A stretch of DNA of 64,000 nucleotides. It comes from Methanocaldococcus sp. 16A. Lineage in GTDB: Archaea > AGJL01 > Methanococci > Methanococcales > Methanocaldococcaceae. The notes beneath the pieces are model-generated. The model worked only from the letters and a program-made list of their open reading frames with translations, was not told the DNA's origin and did not search any database. The stretch is taken from assembly GCA_049860595.1 (NCBI GenBank), contig CP187551.1. One strand, written 5' to 3'. The translations under genes and the position numbers were made by a program. Shown here in pieces: positions 62,684 to 64,000 of the stretch. Each line of letters begins with the position of its first letter. The stretch's first letter is position 1.

Positions 62684-63546
62684 TATGTCACTCTCCTTGA
62701 TTTTGGCTCTAAAACATCTCTTAAACCATCACCAAGTAAGTTAAATCCAAGTATAGCAAGCATTATAGCTAAACCAGGAAATACCATAATCCAAGGAGCT
62801 GTTGTTAGATAGTTTTTTCCAGAGTTTAGAATTTGTCCCCATTCTGGTGTTGGTGGCTGAATCCCTAAGCCTAAAAAACCTAAACTGGCTATGGTCATAA
62901 TCACATTTCCAACATTTAGTGTGGCAAGTACAATTATTGGTGGAATTGCATTTGGGATAATATGCTTTAATAAAATCCATAAATCAGAAGCTCCCATCAT
63001 CCTTGCAGAGGTTATAAATTCCCTCTCTTTTATTGATAAAACAATTCCTCTTGTTAACCTTGCATAGGTAACCCAGTTCGTAAATATAATTGCAAATATA
63101 ACAACCCAAATTGAGGATGTGGATTCTAAAACCACGCACAAAACTCCAACCAATGCAATGTTGAATATAAGTTCTGGAATCGCCAAAAATACATCTATAA
63201 TTCTCCCAATAATGTCATCTACTACTCCTCCAACATATCCACTTATAGCTCCAATTAAACATCCAACAGTTAATGAAATGATTGATATTGTTATAGCAAC
63301 AATTAGAGTTACTCTTGCCCCATAAACAATCCTTGAGAACAAATCCCTTCCCAATTGGTCTGTGCCAAATGGATGTTCTAATGATGGAGGTGACAATCTT
63401 TCAACCATGTTTGTTTTGTAAGGGTCTTTTGCTATTATTGGGGCTAATAAACCAGCTAATGTTATTAAAGAGATAATTATCAAACCCGCAAGACATGTTT
63501 TGTTTTTTAGCATTGCCTTTATTGTATCCTTCAATCTAATCACCAT
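62683..63546 (-). CDS. Ni/peptide ABC transporter permease (DppC/NikC type)
   Basis: HPFGTDQLGRD, EAA-like loop, PEWG, GDGLRD. Confidence 0.9.
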   Translation of the reverse strand: MVIRLKDTIKAMLKNKTCLAGLIIISLITLAGLLAPIIAKDPYKTNMVERLSPPSLEHPFGTDQLGRDLFSRIVYGARVTLIVAITISIISLTVGCLIGAISGYVGGVVDDIIGRIIDVFLAIPELIFNIALVGVLCVVLESTSSIWVVIFAIIFTNWVTYARLTRGIVLSIKEREFITSARMMGASDLWILLKHIIPNAIPPIIVLATLNVGNVIMTIASLGFLGLGIQPPTPEWGQILNSGKNYLTTAPWIMVFPGLAIMLAILGFNLLGDGLRDVLEPKSRRVT

Positions 63547-64000
63547 ATCTTATTCTTGGGTCTATGATTGCATAGAGAATATCAACAATCAAGTTTGTTA
63601 GTGTAAAGATTACTGCACTTAATAGCACTAAAGCCTGAACTACTGGAAAATCCCTCTCTAAAACAGATTTTACAAATAAAGACCCTAAACCAGGCCAGGC
63701 AAATACAACCTCAACCATAACAGAACCTATAATTAAATGGCTTATTGACATGGAGAGATAGGTTAAAATTGGGATTAAGGCATTTCTCAATGCATGTTTT
63801 AAGACAACAGCTTTTTCAGAAAGTCCTTTAGCCCTTGCGGTTAAAATATAATCCTCATTTAAAATATCTAAAAGAACTGCCCTAATAAACCTTGATTTAA
63901 TTGCCATAAAGGATATGGACCAAGTGATAACTGGGAGTATGGCATGTTTAATTGTTCCATACCCATAAGATGGCAAAAGATGTAAATGGACTGCAAACAA
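63536..64000 (-). CDS. Ni/peptide ABC transporter permease (DppB/NikB type), partial
   Basis: TARAKGL, HALRNALIP, WPGLG, RDFPVVQ, DPRIR. Confidence 0.88.
   Translation of the reverse strand: MFAVHLHLLPSYGYGTIKHAILPVITWSISFMAIKSRFIRAVLLDILNEDYILTARAKGLSEKAVVLKHALRNALIPILTYLSMSISHLIIGSVMVEVVFAWPGLGSLFVKSVLERDFPVVQALVLLSAVIFTLTNLIVDILYAIIDPRIRYGD

Noticed and set aside
3992-63325. Numerous 60-160 aa antisense or nested ORFs (for example 3992, 15471, 44879, 52927, 58826)
   Set aside because: Shadow ORFs opposite well-supported genes, without RBS or motifs.

Overview
AT-rich archaeal DNA whose proteins and gene order point to a hyperthermophilic methanogen of the genus Methanocaldococcus. From memory, the blocks match M. 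jannaschii MJ1607-1612, MJ1313-1329, MJ1575-1589 and MJ0003-0011; these locus correspondences were not checked. Most of 1-36 kb is housekeeping: glycogen enzymes, cobalamin genes, mre11/rad50, pyrB and others. It is punctuated by one IS6 element, about six copies of a ~90-bp MITE, a palindrome-bounded repeat, two decayed genes and a ~200-nt GC-rich ncRNA candidate. The most striking region is 36.3-53.7 kb. It holds an all-cysteine (selenium-free) vhcDGAB-hdrA-fwdB operon followed by a cofactor-less FdhA/FdhB (Elp-like) module. These are nested within genes for a split YedE transporter, a TudS-like protein, a double-cubane reductase and its ATPase activator, a PP-loop protein, a phosphomutase and a DUF3343 protein. 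Most intergenic regions here share the palindrome ATTAGA-N3-TCTAAT, suggesting one selenium-starvation regulon with an uncharacterised Se/S-scavenging arm. A second unexplained signal is two orphan gene termini (cbiB 5' end, cbiF 3' end) that differ from the live gene almost only at silent sites and abut the same end of the same palindrome. The window ends in a foreign-looking hydantoinase/oxoprolinase pair and a Ni/peptide ABC plus methyltransferase region. No rRNA, tRNA or CRISPR array was seen.
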